DNA of 39,506 bases, taken from assembly GCA_001786745.1 (NCBI GenBank), contig MFTF01000012.1:1-39506 (forward strand), in the 5' to 3' direction. The stretch is from Candidatus Nomurabacteria bacterium RIFCSPHIGHO2_01_FULL_36_23 (GTDB taxonomy: Bacteria; Patescibacteriota; Minisyncoccia; Phycocordibacterales; UBA9973). Shown here piece after piece: positions 35,988-39,506 of the stretch. Positions within the stretch are counted from its first letter, which is position 1. Each line of letters begins with the position of its first letter. The notes under the pieces are model-generated. The model was not told where the DNA came from. It did not search any database and worked only from the letters and a program-made list of their open reading frames with translations. Both the position numbers and the translations under genes were made by a program.

Positions 35988-36938
35988 TCAATATACCTGT
36001 ACCCCAATTTTTTCTCGCACTTCGTTCATTTTAGCTGAAGCGACTTTTTTTGCTTTTTCACTACCGGCTTTTAGGATTGCCAACACTTTAGGAATATCTT
36101 TGGCAAATTCTTTTCTTCGCTCGCGCAACGGCGCAATGAATTTTTCTAAATCATCTATTAACATCTCTTTAAGTTCTTTATATTTACCAGCTTTCTCTTC
36201 GTAAATTTTCTTTAATTCATCTTCGCTACGAAAAAGTTTATGAATAGCATAGACATTTTTAGGAATTCCTCCACTGGAATCAGTTACAATACTCATCACA
36301 CATTTTTTAATTTCTTCATATTCGGCAAAAAGTGGAATAGTATTATTGTAACTTTTAGACATTTTTCTGCCATCAGTCCCTGGTATAATCGCCACATCTT
36401 TTATAATCATCGCCTCTGGCAGTTTGAAAGTTTCGCCAAAAGTATTATTAAATTTTTCCGCTGTATCACGCGCAATTTCAACGTGTTGTTTTTGATCAGC
36501 GCCGACTGGCACAACATCAGGACTATAAAGTAAAATGTCCGCCGCCATAAGCATCGGATAATTAAAAGTGCCAACATCAATTTCTTTATTTCTCGCTTGC
36601 GCGTCTTTAAAAGCATGCGCTCGCATCAGATACGGCATTGTGGTAATAGTTTCAAAAATCCAAGCAAGTTCAGTGTGTTCGGAAATGTCGCTTTGTTTAA
36701 AAAAAGTTACTTTTTGCGGATCAAGACCTAATGCTAAATAATCAAGTACAACATTTTTTATGTTCTCACTCATTTCTTTTGGATTTCGAAGGGAATGCAA
36801 AGCATGATAATCAGCGATAAAGACATAACCATCGTGCTCATTTTGCAAATCAACAAATTGTTTCATTGCCCCAAAATAGTTGCCAATATGCGGTTTTCCT
36901 GAGGGTTGGACACCTGATAAAAATATCTTTTTAGACAT
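35988..36938 (-). CDS. trpS: Tryptophan-tRNA ligase
   Basis: SGVQPSG..HIGNYFGA, YPMLMAADIL, VPVGADQ, KMSKS. Confidence 0.97.
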   Translation of the reverse strand: MSKKIFLSGVQPSGKPHIGNYFGAMKQFVDLQNEHDGYVFIADYHALHSLRNPKEMSENIKNVVLDYLALGLDPQKVTFFKQSDISEHTELAWIFETITTMPYLMRAHAFKDAQARNKEIDVGTFNYPMLMAADILLYSPDVVPVGADQKQHVEIARDTAEKFNNTFGETFKLPEAMIIKDVAIIPGTDGRKMSKSYNNTIPLFAEYEEIKKCVMSIVTDSSGGIPKNVYAIHKLFRSEDELKKIYEEKAGKYKELKEMLIDDLEKFIAPLRERRKEFAKDIPKVLAILKAGSEKAKKVASAKMNEVREKIGVQVY

Positions 36939-37043
36939 GTTTGCATTTTAACATATAATCTTGAATTATGAAATTTTGTAATTAACATCTTAGTAACAGT
37001 TTTACGCACCTTGTCACTTTGACAATTTTTCTACTGTGTTAGA

Positions 37044-38453
37044 ATGGCTTTAATGGCAAAGATAACAAAAAGCAATAAAACTAATCTCCGCATTCCCCCT
37101 CAAAGCATTGAATCCGAACAAGCAGTATTGGGTTCCATAATGCTCCGCAAAGATGCAATGCACGAAGTAGAGGACATGGTTAGTCCGGAATCTTTTTACG
37201 TTGAAAAACACAAAAAGATTTTTCAAGCGATGCTTGATTTATCTCTTAAGAATGAACCGATAGACATGCTTTCACTCTCAACAAAACTAGGTGAAAAAAA
37301 ATTGCTGGATCAAGTGGGGGGCAATAAGTATCTCGCAGAAATAGTAAATGTTGTGCCTTCTTCCACGAACATTAAACACTACGCTGATATTGTTCAAAAA
37401 AAATATGTTTTAAGAAGTTTAATAGAAGCGGCCGACTACGTGTCTGAACTTGCCTTTGAAGAAGGCGATGACCATATGGATGATATATTAGACATGGCGG
37501 AAAAGAAAATTTTCGGCGTAGTTTCATCTCCGAAAAATCAAAAATTCATAAATTTAAAAGACGCGTTGCCCGAAGCTTATGAACGTTTGGAAAGATTGCA
37601 CGAAAATAAGGGAATGTTGCGTGGACTTCCGACTGGCTTCAAAGATTTGGATTTGATACTTTCGGGCTTGCAAAAATCTGATTTGGTAATTCTCGCAGCC
37701 CGACCCTCAATGGGTAAAACTACTCTTGCGCTTGATATTGCTCGCATGTCTTCTGTCGTTCACGAGAAATCAGTATTGGTATTTTCTCTCGAAATGTCTT
37801 CTCAGCAATTAGTAGATAGGATGCTCTCGGCGCAATCTAGGGTCAACGCTTGGAATTTGCGTACTGGTCGTCTTTCTTCTGATCGTGAATTCTCTCAGCT
37901 TCGAGATTCGTTGGATAAGTTAGCTAAAGCAAAAATTTATATTGATGATCAGCCGGGAAACTCTATAGTTAGAATGAAAGCTCTATCGCGAAGATTAAAA
38001 GCAGAAAAAGGGCTTGACCTTATAGTGGTTGATTACCTGCAACTTATGACCACTTCAAAAAATTACGATTCAATGGTCAATCAAGTAACAGAAATTTCCA
38101 GATCATTGAAAAGCTTGGCCAAGGAGTTAAATGTGCCAGTGCTAGCGCTTTCTCAGCTTTCCCGCGCGGTAGAATCAAGGGGTGGCAAGCCAAGATTATC
38201 CGACCTCCGCGATTCCGGCTCTATTGAACAAGACGCGGATGTTGTAATGTTTATTCATAGAGAGGACAAAGGAAAAGACGAATCGGAAAAAACAAACATC
38301 GCCGAAATTTTAATTGAGAAACATCGCAATGGCCCGACTGGAAAAATTGAACTTTATTTTGATGAAAAAACAACAACATTCTTGAACCTTGAAAAAAGCA
38401 ATATTAGCGAATTCGCGACCAAAAAAGTAAATGAGGATTTAGATGAATTTTAA
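37044..38453 (+). CDS. dnaB: Replicative DNA helicase
   Basis: PPQSIESEQAVLG, ARPSMGKT, FSLEMS, VDYLQL, SDLRDSGSIEQDAD; no intein. Confidence 0.98.
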   Translation: MALMAKITKSNKTNLRIPPQSIESEQAVLGSIMLRKDAMHEVEDMVSPESFYVEKHKKIFQAMLDLSLKNEPIDMLSLSTKLGEKKLLDQVGGNKYLAEIVNVVPSSTNIKHYADIVQKKYVLRSLIEAADYVSELAFEEGDDHMDDILDMAEKKIFGVVSSPKNQKFINLKDALPEAYERLERLHENKGMLRGLPTGFKDLDLILSGLQKSDLVILAARPSMGKTTLALDIARMSSVVHEKSVLVFSLEMSSQQLVDRMLSAQSRVNAWNLRTGRLSSDREFSQLRDSLDKLAKAKIYIDDQPGNSIVRMKALSRRLKAEKGLDLIVVDYLQLMTTSKNYDSMVNQVTEISRSLKSLAKELNVPVLALSQLSRAVESRGGKPRLSDLRDSGSIEQDADVVMFIHREDKGKDESEKTNIAEILIEKHRNGPTGKIELYFDEKTTTFLNLEKSNISEFATKKVNEDLDEF

Positions 38454-38462
38454 TACAGACAG

Positions 38463-39089
38463 ATGGATATTATCGATAAATTAACTGAAATTTTTAAAGA
38501 ATTTCCCGGAATTGGAGAACGACAAGCAAGACGTTTTGTCTATTTTTTAATGTCTAGAACTCCTGCCTATAATGAAAATTTAACGGGACTTGTTTCAGAA
38601 TTGAAAAAAGAAATAGCGCAGTGCGGAGAATGTTTTAGATTTTTTATTGTTGGAAAAAACCCCACCAAAGACAGGGCAAGTAAAATCTGTGATATCTGCT
38701 CTAATATCCATACTGATTCTTCTATTTTAATGATCGTTGAAAAAGATTCTGATTTAGAAAGTGTAAAGAAAAGCCGAGTTTATAATGGCAAATATTTTAT
38801 TTTAGGCGGACTCGTGCCGATTGTTGAAAAAAATACTAAAAAAAGAATTCGCATTGAAGAATTAAAAGGAAAAATTAAAAATGATAAGAAGTTAAAAGAA
38901 ATAATTCTAGCTTTTTCCATCAGCCCTCAGGGTGATCATACTGATTCTTATGTTCGAGAACAGATTAAGGACATTGTAGAAAAATTAAAAATAAAAATAT
39001 CTTCTCTTGGTAAAGGTCTCTCCACCGGCACGGAGCTAGAATACTCTGACAACGACACTCTCAAAAATGCGTTAAAAAACAGGCAATAA
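38463..39089 (+). CDS. recR: Recombination protein RecR
   Basis: FPGIGERQARR, C4 zinc finger, YFILGG, G.STGTELEYSD..TL..AL..R. Confidence 0.95.
   Translation: MDIIDKLTEIFKEFPGIGERQARRFVYFLMSRTPAYNENLTGLVSELKKEIAQCGECFRFFIVGKNPTKDRASKICDICSNIHTDSSILMIVEKDSDLESVKKSRVYNGKYFILGGLVPIVEKNTKKRIRIEELKGKIKNDKKLKEIILAFSISPQGDHTDSYVREQIKDIVEKLKIKISSLGKGLSTGTELEYSDNDTLKNALKNRQ
38660..38680 (+). repeat. Decayed 21-bp element in frame in recR (PTKDRAS)
   Basis: CCCCACCAAAGACAGGGCAAG; 16/21 identical to the rplI copy. Confidence 0.55.
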
Positions 39090-39109
39090 GAACCTGTCTT
39101 TTCGGTAGA

Positions 39110-39466
39110 TTATTTTATCGCAGTAATTTTTACCTTGAAAAATGGCTGACGGTGACCGTTGCGACGGAGGTAGCGGGATTTTTGTTTATATTTCACAACT
39201 AAAATTTTTCTAGCACGACCGATTTCCATAATTTCAGCAACAACTTTTGCGCCGGTAATGTAGGGTGTGCCAATAGTGGTATTTTTGCCATTATCAATAA
39301 GCAGAACTTGGTCAAAAGAAAGTTTGTCTCCCTTTTTATACTCCCCCCCGCCTGCACCAGCTGTACTGGAAGCATTGCGGACAGGCTTTATTTTTTCAAT
39401 AGAAAGAAAGCCTCCTTCGGAGACCTTGTATTGTTTTCCACCTGTCTGGATAACTGCAAATTCCAT
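39110..39466 (-). CDS. rplU: 50S ribosomal protein L21
   Basis: FAVIQTGGKQYKV, IGTPYI, GHRQP; start reassigned to MEFAVI. Confidence 0.97.
   Translation of the reverse strand: MEFAVIQTGGKQYKVSEGGFLSIEKIKPVRNASSTAGAGGGEYKKGDKLSFDQVLLIDNGKNTTIGTPYITGAKVVAEIMEIGRARKILVVKYKQKSRYLRRNGHRQPFFKVKITAIK
39347..39385 (-). repeat. 39-bp variant palindromic element in frame (PVRNASSTAGAGG)
   Basis: CCTGTCCGCAATGCTTCCAGTACAGCTGGTGCAGGCGGG; copy 4 of 4. Confidence 0.88.
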
Positions 39467-39506
39467 AAAATTCATACTATCTGAAATTTTACAAAAAAGC
39501 AAGTAT

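Noticed and set aside
37044-38453. Intein in dnaB
   Set aside because: Normal length and contiguous motifs.
1-39506. CRISPR array, tRNA/rRNA, integrase or transposase, integron attC array
   Set aside because: Repeats are dispersed rather than regularly spaced; no such genes or RNA signatures were recognised by eye.

Overview
AT-rich bacterial DNA, code 11 (TGA used as stop). Gene style suggests Patescibacteria/CPR, Parcubacteria-like; this is an inference. Contents, left to right: a de novo purine cluster (purL partial, purQ, purF, purN, purD, purE, purM, purC, purB) interleaved with Cys-rich Zn-ribbon paralogs; cell-wall/division genes (mreD-like, PBP2, S41 protease, M23 peptidase, murG, ftsW, mraY, M15 carboxypeptidase); translation genes (rplI, rpmA, rplU, gltX, aspS, trpS); scpAB, an M1 aminopeptidase, metK, a riboflavin remnant, a RelE-type TA pair, dnaB and recR. 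Main non-annotated signals: (1) a TrpR/YerC(HisR)-type repressor with tandem operators over its own promoter, whose only three His codons sit at the C-terminus directly before an antiterminator/terminator pair upstream of hisI, i.e. an apparent repressor-leader-peptide fusion attenuator; (2) a similar tandem leader-peptide attenuator before an orphan gene; (3) several families of 18-42 bp hairpin elements inserted in coding sequences, mostly in frame (four PARNAxxSxAGG-type copies), plus one out-of-frame copy that destroys a gene start; (4) 'hollowed' genes that keep both termini but lost the middle; (5) many genes with a -10 box 6-7 nt before the start codon, suggesting leaderless mRNAs.
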